Source: Gemmatimonadota bacterium (GTDB lineage: Bacteria > Gemmatimonadota > Gemmatimonadetes > Gemmatimonadales > GWC2-71-9). Taken from it: a stretch of 64,000 nucleotides of DNA. Within the stretch, counting starts at the first letter, position 1. The number at the start of each line of letters is the position of its first letter. Both the position numbers and the translations under genes were made by a program. This document shows positions 29,109 through 38,524 of this stretch, piece by piece. The stretch is taken from positions 26,014-90,013 of the forward strand of contig JBDHAN010000001.1 of NCBI GenBank assembly GCA_039588055.1, in the 5' to 3' direction. The notes beneath the pieces were generated by a model. That model saw only the letters and a list, made by a program, of their open reading frames with translations. It did not search any database and was not told the origin of the DNA.

Positions 29109-32100
29109 ATGACCCAGCCCAACGGTCGCACGCAGTGGGAGAAGGGCATCTGTGGTATCTGCCCGGCCGGGTGCTGGGTGGAGGTGGGTCTGGATGACGG
29201 CAGGCTGGTCGACATACGCCCCGATTCGGGCCACCCCCTCGGCATGATCTGCCGTCGGGGCCAGCATGCCCCGGAGATCGTCTATTCGAAGCATCGGATT
29301 CCACATCCCCTCAAGCGTGTTGGTCCGAAAGGGACTCACGATTTCGAGCGCATCACGTGGGACGAGGCGTATGACATCATCGTCGACCGGCTCTCAACGA
29401 TTCGCTCGGAATCCGGGCCCGAGGCGGTAGCAGTCTACACGGGCCGTGGGGCGTTCGAGCTGTCCCTGTGCGACATGTTTCAGCCAGAAGGCGTTGCCGT
29501 GTCCTCTGCGTCGAACGTGCTGTTCCCGTTCGGCTCCCCCAACACCATGGGGGTCGGCGCGTTGTGCTACGTGTCATTCGCTATGATCGCGCCGCACGTC
29601 ACGATGGGCCGCATGCTCGTCAACATGTTCTCAGACATGGAATCGGCCGAATCGCTGGTGGTGTGGGGCGCAAACCCGGCGACCGACTCGCCCCCGCTCG
29701 ACATGGCACGCCTCGAAGCCGCGGCCTCTCGCGGCGCAGACATCATCGTCATCGATCCGCGGCGCACCGAGACCGTCACCCGCACAGGAGCCGAGTGGGT
29801 GCCGATTCGGCCCGGCACCGATGGCGCGCTCGCATTGAGCATGATCGAGGTCTTGATCGAAGAGGATTTGTACGACGAGGATTTCACTGACCAGTGGTGC
29901 CACGGGTTCGACGAACTGCGGCAGTACGTGCAGCATTTCACGCCGGAGGTTGCGGAAACCATCACCGGCATACCCGCCGACACGATCCGGGATCTCGCCC
30001 GTCGTATCGGCCGCGCCACGGGCGCGTGCCCGGTCATGTACACGGGCCTCGAATACTCCAATAGCGGCATTCAGGCCATCCGAGCCGTCCACATCCTGTT
30101 CGCCCTGGCCGGTCACCTCGATGTGCCTGGCGGCATCGGGCTCGCGATGCGCGGCTCACATTTCCCGATCAACCGATCGTGTAACCAGTCGAACCCCGAT
30201 CTCGCGCGCGCGGTGGCCAGAGACAAGTATCCCGTGTACTCGGAGTACCGCGGTGAGTCGCACGCGAGCGGATTAGTCTCGTCCGTGCTGCACGGAGATC
30301 CCTATCCCATTCGCGGCCTGATCATTCACGGGGCTTCACTGCTCACGTCGTGGCCCGAGACTTCGATCTGGCGCGAGACGTTGGCCAAGCTGGACTTCGT
30401 GGTCTCCATCGATCGGCAGCTCACCGCGGATGCCGCCTATGCAGACGTCGTGCTGCCTGCCACGACGATGTTCGAGATCGATTCGTACATGGTCTACGGT
30501 CCGATCTTCCGGCTACGCGAGAAGGTGGTCGAACCTTTCGGTGAGGCGCGAAACGACTACCTCATCATGGCCGAGCTCGCCGCCAGGCTGGGGTACGGCG
30601 ACCTATATCCCCAGACGGAAGAGGGGCTCGTCCGGTTTGCGCTCGAGGGCTCTGGATATTCGCTCGAGGAGGTGCGCGACGCCGGCGGATCGGTCAAACT
30701 GCCCTCCCCCATCATGGAGTACAGGAAGTGGGAGAAAGGTGGGCTGCGCGAGGACGGTACGCCCGGTTTCGAGACACCAACCGGGAAGTTCGAGATCTGG
30801 TCGACCGTGCTCGAAGACTATGGCCACGAGGCGCTGCCAAAATACACTGAGCCAGTCGAAGGGCCGCAGGCTCGACCCGATTTGGTGAGCGAGTTCCCTC
30901 TCGTGTTCAATTCCGGTGCCCGCCCGCACACCGACTTTCGCTCACAGCATCATGGCATCGAGGGGCTGAACCGCGACAACCCCGAACCCGCGGTAGAACT
31001 CAGTAGACATGACGCAGAAGCCCGTGGCATCGACGACGGCGATCTCGTGGAAGTCAAAACACCGCGTGGCGCTGTTCCCTTCCGGGCACGAGTCACCGAC
31101 GACATCGTGCCCGGCGCAATCGAGTGCAACATGGGCGGCGGCACACCGGTCGGTCCCACCGCGTGGAACGAGTGGAACGTCAACGAGCTTACGGACTTGA
31201 GCAACGCCGATGAGATCTCGGGATTCCCGGTCTACAAGGCGTTGCTGTGCGAGGTGGTCAAAGTCGCGAGCGGCGACGGTCGGGCCACAACGTGCGATCG
31301 AGGTGCCAGTTGTGGGCCCGTCTTGCTCGACAACGTGCAGCAGCGGCAGCAGCCCAAGCGCCGCATCTATCTTGACAACAACGCCACATCACAGGTCGCG
31401 GACGCCGTCCGAGAGGCAATGCTCCCCTACCTGGGCGACGCACTCGGCAACCCCTCGAGTATTCACAGTACAGGACGCGACGCCCGCTCAGCGATCGACA
31501 CCGCGCGCCGACAGGTCGCTCGCCTCATCAACGCACGCCCCCGGCGCATCATCTTTACGGCGGGCGGCTCCGAAGCCGACAATCTGGCACTCAAAGGCAT
31601 CGCGTTCGCGCGCCGCGAACACGGCAACCACATCGTGACAAGCGCCATCGAGCACCCGGCGGTGCTCGAGGCGTGTCGCTTTCTCGCGACGATCGGCTAC
31701 GACGTGACCTACCTCCCCGTCGACCGTCTCGGCATAGTCACACCGAGCGCGCTTCGCGAGGCTCTCACCGACCGTACCATCGTGGTCTCGATCATGATGG
31801 CCAACAATGAGGTCGGGACGGTGCAGCCGATCAGGGACCTCTGCGCCATCGCGCATGAGCACGACGTGCCGTTCCATACCGATGCGGTGCAGGCAGCGGG
31901 CAAGATCCCAATCAGTGTCGAGGAGCTCGGCGTCGACCTCCTGAGCCTCTCGGGTCACAAGTTCCACGGGCCCAAAGGCGTCGGTGTCCTGTACGCAAAG
32001 AAGGGCATCGAGTTGGCGCCCCTCATCCACGGTGGGAAGCAGGAGGCAGGCGTGCGCGCCGGGACCGAAAACGTCCCGGCGATCGTGGGAATCGGCAAAG

Positions 32101-32516
32101 CTGCCGAGCTAGCTCTCGAGGCGTCGACCGACAGTTCACCGGTAGCACGACTGCGCGACCGGCTCGAGCAGGAAGTCCTTCGGCTCATCCCGGGGGCGAC
32201 GATCAATGGAAGCGTCAAGCATCGGCTGCCCAACACGTCCAACCTCACGCTGCCCGGTTTGCGGGGGGAATCACTCGTGGTCGCGCTCGACCAGCATGGA
32301 ATTGCACTGTCCTCAGGCTCGGCGTGCAAGTCCGGGTCGCCCGACCCCACGCACGTGCTCATCGCCATGGGGCTCCCACCCGAGCAGGTGCACTGCTCGA
32401 TTCGGCTCTCCCTGTCGCGCGACACGACCGAGGAAGACGTCGAGGATACCGTTGCGGCCCTCGAGCGGGTGTTGGAGGAACTCGAGACGACGGTGCGGTT
32501 CCTGCCCTGCAAATAG
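29109..32516 (+). CDS. Fusion protein: molybdopterin (Mo/W-bisPGD) oxidoreductase N-terminal ~740 aa plus NifS/IscS-type cysteine desulfurase C-terminal ~385 aa
   Basis: N-terminal 4Fe-4S motif CGICPAGCW...ICRRG, MopB-type blocks (VVWGANPA, VIDPRRTET, RPGTDGAL) and a C-terminal molydopterin dinucleotide-binding barrel (GDLVEVKTPRGAVPFRARVTD). After a ~40-aa linker come YLDNNATS, GGSEADN, SGHKFHGPKGVG (PLP lysine) and SSGSACKSG (catalytic Cys). It is one uninterrupted frame. Confidence 0.85.
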   Translation: MTQPNGRTQWEKGICGICPAGCWVEVGLDDGRLVDIRPDSGHPLGMICRRGQHAPEIVYSKHRIPHPLKRVGPKGTHDFERITWDEAYDIIVDRLSTIRSESGPEAVAVYTGRGAFELSLCDMFQPEGVAVSSASNVLFPFGSPNTMGVGALCYVSFAMIAPHVTMGRMLVNMFSDMESAESLVVWGANPATDSPPLDMARLEAAASRGADIIVIDPRRTETVTRTGAEWVPIRPGTDGALALSMIEVLIEEDLYDEDFTDQWCHGFDELRQYVQHFTPEVAETITGIPADTIRDLARRIGRATGACPVMYTGLEYSNSGIQAIRAVHILFALAGHLDVPGGIGLAMRGSHFPINRSCNQSNPDLARAVARDKYPVYSEYRGESHASGLVSSVLHGDPYPIRGLIIHGASLLTSWPETSIWRETLAKLDFVVSIDRQLTADAAYADVVLPATTMFEIDSYMVYGPIFRLREKVVEPFGEARNDYLIMAELAARLGYGDLYPQTEEGLVRFALEGSGYSLEEVRDAGGSVKLPSPIMEYRKWEKGGLREDGTPGFETPTGKFEIWSTVLEDYGHEALPKYTEPVEGPQARPDLVSEFPLVFNSGARPHTDFRSQHHGIEGLNRDNPEPAVELSRHDAEARGIDDGDLVEVKTPRGAVPFRARVTDDIVPGAIECNMGGGTPVGPTAWNEWNVNELTDLSNADEISGFPVYKALLCEVVKVASGDGRATTCDRGASCGPVLLDNVQQRQQPKRRIYLDNNATSQVADAVREAMLPYLGDALGNPSSIHSTGRDARSAIDTARRQVARLINARPRRIIFTAGGSEADNLALKGIAFARREHGNHIVTSAIEHPAVLEACRFLATIGYDVTYLPVDRLGIVTPSALREALTDRTIVVSIMMANNEVGTVQPIRDLCAIAHEHDVPFHTDAVQAAGKIPISVEELGVDLLSLSGHKFHGPKGVGVLYAKKGIELAPLIHGGKQEAGVRAGTENVPAIVGIGKAAELALEASTDSSPVARLRDRLEQEVLRLIPGATINGSVKHRLPNTSNLTLPGLRGESLVVALDQHGIALSSGSACKSGSPDPTHVLIAMGLPPEQVHCSIRLSLSRDTTEEDVEDTVAALERVLEELETTVRFLPCK

Positions 32517-32537
32517 CGTTGTTCGCTCAGCGCCGGC

Positions 32538-32984
32538 TCAGAACAATTTGAGATAGTAGCTGAGTGCCGACGTCTCACGCTGCATCCGCCAGCCGGTGAC
32601 ACTGGAGTACCGCATGCGAAAGCACCGGGTGGTCTTCCCATCGGGTGGAGCACCGCCGTCAACCGAAATCTCAACACGCACCGCGAGATCGTCGGGTGTG
32701 CCTCGCGCAGTCATCGAGACAAAATCAATCCGGCTCCGGGCAATGATCTCCTGCGCCTGCTCCGATGCCGCCTGCGCGTTGCCGCTCGCCACGGCCTCCT
32801 CCAACGCCGGCAGTCCTTCGCGCTGGTACTCGGCGGCGAGCCAGAACCGGAGCTCGTCAGCTCCGGCCGACTGCAGCGTGGTTCGTGCCCCGACATAACG
32901 ATATCCGGCAATCGCGACCACCACCGCGAGAACGGCGATGGCCTTCCAGCCAGTCAGCCGGACCTTGATGCTACGCTCCCCCAC
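32538..32984 (-). CDS. Hypothetical membrane-anchored protein
   Basis: 148 aa with a single N-terminal TM helix (WKAIAVLAVVVAIAGY). No recognisable domain. It lies 9 nt downstream of the previous gene on the same strand. Confidence 0.45.
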   Translation of the reverse strand: MGERSIKVRLTGWKAIAVLAVVVAIAGYRYVGARTTLQSAGADELRFWLAAEYQREGLPALEEAVASGNAQAASEQAQEIIARSRIDFVSMTARGTPDDLAVRVEISVDGGAPPDGKTTRCFRMRYSSVTGWRMQRETSALSYYLKLF

Positions 32985-32993
32985 TGCCCTCCA

Positions 32994-34076
32994 TCACACT
33001 TGCCGACATTGCCGTAGAATCTCTCGTTCGGTCTTTCGTGAGTCGTTGATGATCTCGTAAAACTCATCGAAATATTCGAGGGTCCGTTCGAGGCGGCGCT
33101 CCTCCAACCCGTCCTGCCTGCGCCAGATGTCGTAGATCGCCTCTCGGCGCTCGTTGAAGAGATTGAAGGGCGGCACAAACTCCTCAGGCGGTCGGCAGAT
33201 ACCCCAGTACCGTCGGTCCCGCACGCGACGGACGCCGACCAGCGGATCCGGTTTAGCATACGGTGCGGAGATCACGCCCGACCAGTCGAAGTCGTACGGT
33301 ATCGGAACCACCGGTCCGATCATCGTGCCAATGAGCTTGGCGTTGTGACAGCAGCTCTCGCCAGGGACGGCTTGGAAGGCACTCCAGTCCGTATTGCCGA
33401 TGAGGAACTGAAACACCTCGAACAGGAGCAGGCTGGGGGGATCCTGCTGGTCCGGGGGGACAATCGGCACCTCGAGCACTTCCCAGCCATGCCTCGCGGC
33501 CAGCATGTCGAATGGCTCGAGGATGAACATGTACTTGGTCAGCGAATCACGTTTGTCGTCGGTATCGATGTAGGTCGTACGTGCGAGCCGCACGCGGACA
33601 CTCCGATCGGACAGTTGATTGAACGTGCGGTAAATCAGATACTCCTGCAACGTGAACTGCTCGTATTCGTCCTTTTTGTCCTGACAGTGGGCGACGATCG
33701 AGATCCGATTCTGACCGGCAAACACCGTATTCTCGACCTGCCGCCGACGGAAGTTGACGTGGAGATTCGGGAAGCCACACGTCCGCTTCTGCAGCCGGAA
33801 CTTGCCACGGGTTCTTGCCCGCATGTCGAGCACCACGGAATCGCCGCTCTCGTCGACGTAGGAAACCGTGCCAGGATGGTATGTGCTTTCTTGCTCCCGG
33901 TCCTTGAAGATCGTGTTGAACGGCGCCTCGATCCGCAGCTCGAGCACGTCGTGTGACGCGAACAACGGAGCCGTTTCCGCCACTTCCCGGAGCGAGTCGA
34001 CCGCGGCATCGTCCTGAGCGTTGAGCCCAGAACCAGCCAGCAGCATGGCCGCAAACACGGAGAACAAGCGCTTCAT
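32994..34076 (-). CDS. Hypothetical secreted protein (possibly distantly CotH-like)
   Basis: Signal peptide MKRLFSVFAAMLLAGSGLNAQ. The motif order RARTRGKF...FPNLHVNF...LIGNTDWS...CCHNAKL...PYDFDWSG is reminiscent of the CotH kinase fold, but this is only a tentative impression. Confidence 0.55.
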   Translation of the reverse strand: MKRLFSVFAAMLLAGSGLNAQDDAAVDSLREVAETAPLFASHDVLELRIEAPFNTIFKDREQESTYHPGTVSYVDESGDSVVLDMRARTRGKFRLQKRTCGFPNLHVNFRRRQVENTVFAGQNRISIVAHCQDKKDEYEQFTLQEYLIYRTFNQLSDRSVRVRLARTTYIDTDDKRDSLTKYMFILEPFDMLAARHGWEVLEVPIVPPDQQDPPSLLLFEVFQFLIGNTDWSAFQAVPGESCCHNAKLIGTMIGPVVPIPYDFDWSGVISAPYAKPDPLVGVRRVRDRRYWGICRPPEEFVPPFNLFNERREAIYDIWRRQDGLEERRLERTLEYFDEFYEIINDSRKTEREILRQCRQV

Positions 34077-34170
34077 GTTTCCTCCTCAGCAAATCTGCGA
34101 TCCTGCGTATAGCGGAATTCTGGTTCTCGTCGGCTGGACCGCAACCCCTACGCCGCTGTAGAGTAGTCCC

Positions 34171-34782
34171 ATGGCACTCAGGCGCGATGGGGCACGACGC
34201 ATCGTCTGGCTGGCGATGGTCTTCGAGGCGAGCTTGCTGGTGTTTGCGCTGCCAGCGGGTTGGCTCCTCGGCGTCTCGCCATTCGACGATCTGGACCTCA
34301 CCGTGCAGGCAGCTGCTGCCGGGTTCGGAGCTACTGTTCCGCTGCTCCTGCTTATGCTGCTGTTCACGCGCGTGTCGTGGTCACCCTTCCGACGCCTCAT
34401 GCGGGAGCTGGACGAGCACTTGCTCCCGTTGTTTCGGCACTCCTCGACACTGGAACTCGCGCTGGTGGCGTTGGCTGCCGGGCTGGGCGAAGAAGCGTTC
34501 TTTCGTGGCGCGATCCAAGGCGGGGTCACACACATATCCGCCCCTCTTGTGGGGCTCGCGGTCGCCAGCGTGCTTTTCGGCCTGGCACATCTGATCACAC
34601 CCACCTACGCCGTCCTGGCGGGTCTCGTCGGGCTATACCTGGGAGGGCTCTTCCTACTGACCGGCAACCTGCTGGTTCCCATGGTGGTCCACGCGACCTA
34701 CGACTTCGTTGCGCTTAGCTACTGGATCCACTCCCGAGCCGATGAGCGCGACAGCCAGGTGTCCGGCATCGACGCAGACTGA
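34171..34782 (+). CDS. CPBP family intramembrane glutamic endopeptidase (CAAX protease/Abi)
   Basis: GLGEEAFFRGAIQ (EExxxR), FGLAH and VVHATYDF are the three CPBP motifs. The protein is multi-TM. Confidence 0.8.
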   Translation: MALRRDGARRIVWLAMVFEASLLVFALPAGWLLGVSPFDDLDLTVQAAAAGFGATVPLLLLMLLFTRVSWSPFRRLMRELDEHLLPLFRHSSTLELALVALAAGLGEEAFFRGAIQGGVTHISAPLVGLAVASVLFGLAHLITPTYAVLAGLVGLYLGGLFLLTGNLLVPMVVHATYDFVALSYWIHSRADERDSQVSGIDAD

Positions 34783-34797
34783 TCGGCACCACAAGCA

Positions 34798-35466
34798 TCA
34801 TCCGGCCGAGAGTGCCGACGCACCCATGGCCCATGCCGTCACAGCCTCCACGTAGCTCCGGGCCGGCAGATCCAGGTGCAGTCGATCGCGCGCGTTGCAC
34901 ACGGCAGCGCGGGCTCGTTCGAGCAGCGGAGGCGAGGAGTCACGGTCGAGACCCGCCAGGTCCTCGATCCCGATGGACGTAATCAGCTCAGGCTCGGAGA
35001 TCTCGACCCGCTCGACGCGGACCACCGTATCTCCGACGTCTAGCGCCACGCTCGCTCGCCTCTTCAGTACAGTGACAATGCGCGCCGCTGGGAGTGCGCC
35101 TGTGATGTGATGGATGAGTGCTTCATCACCGACTGGGCGGCTCGCGCGCATGGGCGGAACACCGAGCTCGACGAGCACCCGCGCCGCCGCCTCGGCAGCC
35201 ATGGGCAGTGAGTGGTCGTCTTCGGGATACTCCGCCCAAAGCTGGACTCCCAGCTGCGCATCCGCGTCCAACAGCCGCTTGAGCTTGAGACTCCGGCCAC
35301 CCGACCACGCGCGCAGCTTGACGTTGATTCGGCTTTCCGGAAGCCAAAGGTAGCGGTCAACGACCGCTTCGGTCCGACTCGGAAAGGCGAGCTCCGACAG
35401 CCGCTGCACAGACAAACCGTCTGGCGTGCCGAATCCACGCCACTCCCAGTGGAGCCCGTAGGCCAT
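34798..35466 (-). CDS. CYTH-like (triphosphate tunnel metalloenzyme-like) domain protein
   Basis: The N-terminal HWEWRGFG (a variant of ExExK) is followed by alternating basic beta-strand motifs (VDRYLW, INVKLR, SLKLKRLL, TVLKRRASVAL, VVRVERVEI). The assignment is tentative. Confidence 0.45.
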   Translation of the reverse strand: MAYGLHWEWRGFGTPDGLSVQRLSELAFPSRTEAVVDRYLWLPESRINVKLRAWSGGRSLKLKRLLDADAQLGVQLWAEYPEDDHSLPMAAEAAARVLVELGVPPMRASRPVGDEALIHHITGALPAARIVTVLKRRASVALDVGDTVVRVERVEISEPELITSIGIEDLAGLDRDSSPPLLERARAAVCNARDRLHLDLPARSYVEAVTAWAMGASALSAG

Positions 35467-35550
35467 GGACGACCCTTCGCAACGAGTGGTGCCTGGAACC
35501 TACGGGACTATCGGCGTGAACTCCATGCATACAACCGGCGTCCCGTCGAC

Positions 35551-36267
35551 TCAGAAGAGCTGTCTGATCAACACAGCGACCCCGGATGCTGCAGACACGA
35601 ACAGCACCGCCGTCCGCGTGCGACCGCGATCGAGCACCCCCGCCACACCTCGTGACAGGATGAAGCCGATGAGTATCCCAGGCAGGAGCTGGAGTGCCAG
35701 CAGGAACTCCGTGAGGCCGAACCGACCCACGAGGTGGAGCCCAATGAGCGAGATGCTCACGCCCAACACGAAATAGGCCGAGAGTGTGCCACGGATCCGT
35801 GGCCCCGACTCGTGCTGGTAGAGGAGCGCGACCGGCGGACCGCCGATCGAGACCACCGTGCCCATGAATCCGGACACGGTGCCGGCGCTCATGAGCGTTC
35901 GCGGTGATACGCGGAGCCGAAGGCCCGAGATGCTGACTCCCACTGCAACGAGTACCAGCGCACCGAACAGGAGTGCCAGCGCGTCGGTGGGGATGATCGC
36001 AAGCACCGCCACGGCGACCGCAACGCCCACGATCCGGCCCGCCAAGGCCCATTTGATGTCGGTAACCCTGATGGCGTGCCATTCACGATGCGTCAGGAGC
36101 AGGGTGAGGGCCATCGACGAGCAGAGGAGCGGACCGGGAATGAGCGCGGGAGCAACGAGCAGCAACAACGGCACCGAGAACATGCCGAGCCCGAACCCGA
36201 CCGAGCCCTGCAAGGTGGCGCCGATCGTGACGATGACGGTCGCGATGAGGAGGGTAGTGACAGCCAT
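35551..36267 (-). CDS. TauE/SafE family sulfite/anion exporter
   Basis: 238 aa with 7-8 TM helices. N-terminus TIGATLQGSVGFGLGMFSVPLLLL, with an internal repeat GGPPVALLY. Confidence 0.8.
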   Translation of the reverse strand: MAVTTLLIATVIVTIGATLQGSVGFGLGMFSVPLLLLVAPALIPGPLLCSSMALTLLLTHREWHAIRVTDIKWALAGRIVGVAVAVAVLAIIPTDALALLFGALVLVAVGVSISGLRLRVSPRTLMSAGTVSGFMGTVVSIGGPPVALLYQHESGPRIRGTLSAYFVLGVSISLIGLHLVGRFGLTEFLLALQLLPGILIGFILSRGVAGVLDRGRTRTAVLFVSAASGVAVLIRQLF

Positions 36268-36282
36268 CTGGCCTACGGTGCC

Positions 36283-38235
36283 CTATGCCCTCCTTCGCTT
36301 CACGTGCCAGACGAGCCATGCGACCATGGCGGCAATGGTCGCCAACGCGAGCAGCTGTTGGTTCGTGTCGGAGACATCCAGCGGGAAACCGTGGATTGGC
36401 TCGCCGCCCCGCGCGCCGACCCACAGCGCGAGGAGCACCCCCGTGAGTCCGCCACCACCGACGAGTCCGGACCCAAACAGAATACCTTCTTCGCGCCGTC
36501 GCTCCGCTTCGGCGGGCTCTTGGTTGCGCGTGAGCATCCACCGCGTGACGCCACCGATGAAGACCGCGGCCATCGTTGACAACGGCAGGTACACACCGAC
36601 GGCGAAGGCAAGCACGGGGATTCGGAACATCGACGCGACGAGCCCGATCCCCACACCGATGAAGATGAACATCCAGGGAAGGTTCTGATCCAATACGCCG
36701 TCGATCACGAGCTTCATCAACACGGCCTGCGGGGCGGGAAGCTCTGCGCCGCCCAAGCCCCCGGGGACGTTCTGGTGGAGCAGCGTCACCACTAGGCAGA
36801 CAGCACCCGCCGAGGTGACGACACCAATCAGCTCACCGATCTGCTGGAGTCGTGGCGTGGCACCAAGGACGAACCCGGTTTTGAGATCCTGCGACGTGTC
36901 ACCCGCGATCGACGCAGCGATACATACCGAGGTACCGACCATGAGCGCGGTGGCCTTCCCCGCCAGATCGGTCCACCCCATGAGGAAGAAGATGAGGCTC
37001 GTGCCCAGGAGCGTCGCGATCGTCATGCCGGAAGTCGGGTTCGACGTCACACCGACGAGACCCACGATGCGCGAACTCACGGTCACGAAGAAGAACGCAA
37101 AGATGGCAATCAGCAGCGACGCCATCGCCCGAACGCCAACCGAATCGAGATATCCCAAAATGCCCGGGACAAAGGTCAGGATCGCCAGCACCGACAGGAG
37201 CAACAGGCCCGCAATCTTATACGAGAGGTCCAGGTCGGTGCGGTCGATGACCTCGCTGACCGCACCAGCTCGGGCCGTTATCCGGCTCACTCCCAACCGA
37301 AAAGATTCGATCATGGTCGGGATCGACCGGATCAAGGTGACGACACCACCCGTGGCTACTGCGCCGGCACCGATGTAGCGCACATACCGGTGCCAGATCT
37401 CGCCGGACGACATGTCTCGGATGAGCAACTCGGTTTCGGGGAACACGGGCTCAGTGAGTCCAGCTCCCCAGAAGTTGATCGCTGGGATAATGATGAGCGC
37501 GGAGAGCGCTCCGCCGGCCACCATGACGGTCGCGATGCGGATGCCGAGGATGTAGCCAACACCAATGAGCGGAGGGGAGACGCTCGCCGCAACGCTCGCT
37601 TTGTATCCGAGCGATACCTGGAATGTGCCCTGTACGACCTTGAACCCGTCGGTGATGAGCTTGAATAGCATCCCGACGCCGAGCCCCCAGAACACGCCCG
37701 CCGCTTGTTTCCCACCTCCCTCCGCTGCCACCAGCACCTCGGCGCACGCCATGCCTTCGGGATAGGGCAGCTTGCCATGTTCGCCCTTGATGAGGTATCG
37801 GCGAAGCGGAATCATGAAGAGCACGCCGATCAAACCGCCCGCCATGGTGAGCAGGGTGATTTGCCGCCATGCAGGGCTCATCCCCCAGATGAACAGCGCG
37901 GGGATCGTGAACAGCACGCCCGAGGCAACCGAGGAGCTCGCTGACCCGATGGTCTGCGACATGTTGCTCTCGAGAATCGTGTGGCCAATCCCGAGCGACG
38001 TCAGCACGCGGAACACCACCACCGTGAGCACTGCAACCGGTATGGACGTGCTGATGGTCAGTCCGGCTTTGAGCCCCAGGTACGTGTTCGCTGCACCGAA
38101 GATGATGCCGAGGATGGCACCGGCGATGACGGCCTTGATCGTGAACTCGGCGAGCGTCTCGCCCTTCGTGAGAGGAACGAACGTCTCGCCCTCTTTTAGC
38201 TCGTATGCCGTTGACGGAAGCTTGCGACCGTTCAT
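36283..38235 (-). CDS. OPT family oligopeptide transporter
   Basis: About 650 aa and polytopic. The N-terminus ELKEGETFVP...EFTIKAVIAGAILGIIFGAANTYLGLKAGLT is characteristic of bacterial OPT proteins. Start at ATG 38235. Confidence 0.85.
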   Translation of the reverse strand: MNGRKLPSTAYELKEGETFVPLTKGETLAEFTIKAVIAGAILGIIFGAANTYLGLKAGLTISTSIPVAVLTVVVFRVLTSLGIGHTILESNMSQTIGSASSSVASGVLFTIPALFIWGMSPAWRQITLLTMAGGLIGVLFMIPLRRYLIKGEHGKLPYPEGMACAEVLVAAEGGGKQAAGVFWGLGVGMLFKLITDGFKVVQGTFQVSLGYKASVAASVSPPLIGVGYILGIRIATVMVAGGALSALIIIPAINFWGAGLTEPVFPETELLIRDMSSGEIWHRYVRYIGAGAVATGGVVTLIRSIPTMIESFRLGVSRITARAGAVSEVIDRTDLDLSYKIAGLLLLSVLAILTFVPGILGYLDSVGVRAMASLLIAIFAFFFVTVSSRIVGLVGVTSNPTSGMTIATLLGTSLIFFLMGWTDLAGKATALMVGTSVCIAASIAGDTSQDLKTGFVLGATPRLQQIGELIGVVTSAGAVCLVVTLLHQNVPGGLGGAELPAPQAVLMKLVIDGVLDQNLPWMFIFIGVGIGLVASMFRIPVLAFAVGVYLPLSTMAAVFIGGVTRWMLTRNQEPAEAERRREEGILFGSGLVGGGGLTGVLLALWVGARGGEPIHGFPLDVSDTNQQLLALATIAAMVAWLVWHVKRRRA

Positions 38236-38524
38236 GCTCGCTCCTTGGTCCTCCCCGCACATGGGACGCGGCCCAGCCGGCCGCATGAAGCTGCGCGAAT
38301 CTTCACCGGCGCCCGCGGCTTGGCAACCCGTTGATGTAAGACCTGTTCACGCCGTGACTGACGCGCCGCGCGCCGCCGGCTATCTTGGACCATGACCTAT
38401 CGCCGATGTCGGCGGCGTCACTGCCTGGAGACCGCACATTCACGCCCTTGACCTTCTCACTGCTGCCGCGCAGTCGGGCATTGCCGACACGATCCAAGAT
38501 CGGCCGCTCGTCACGCTCCTTGCA

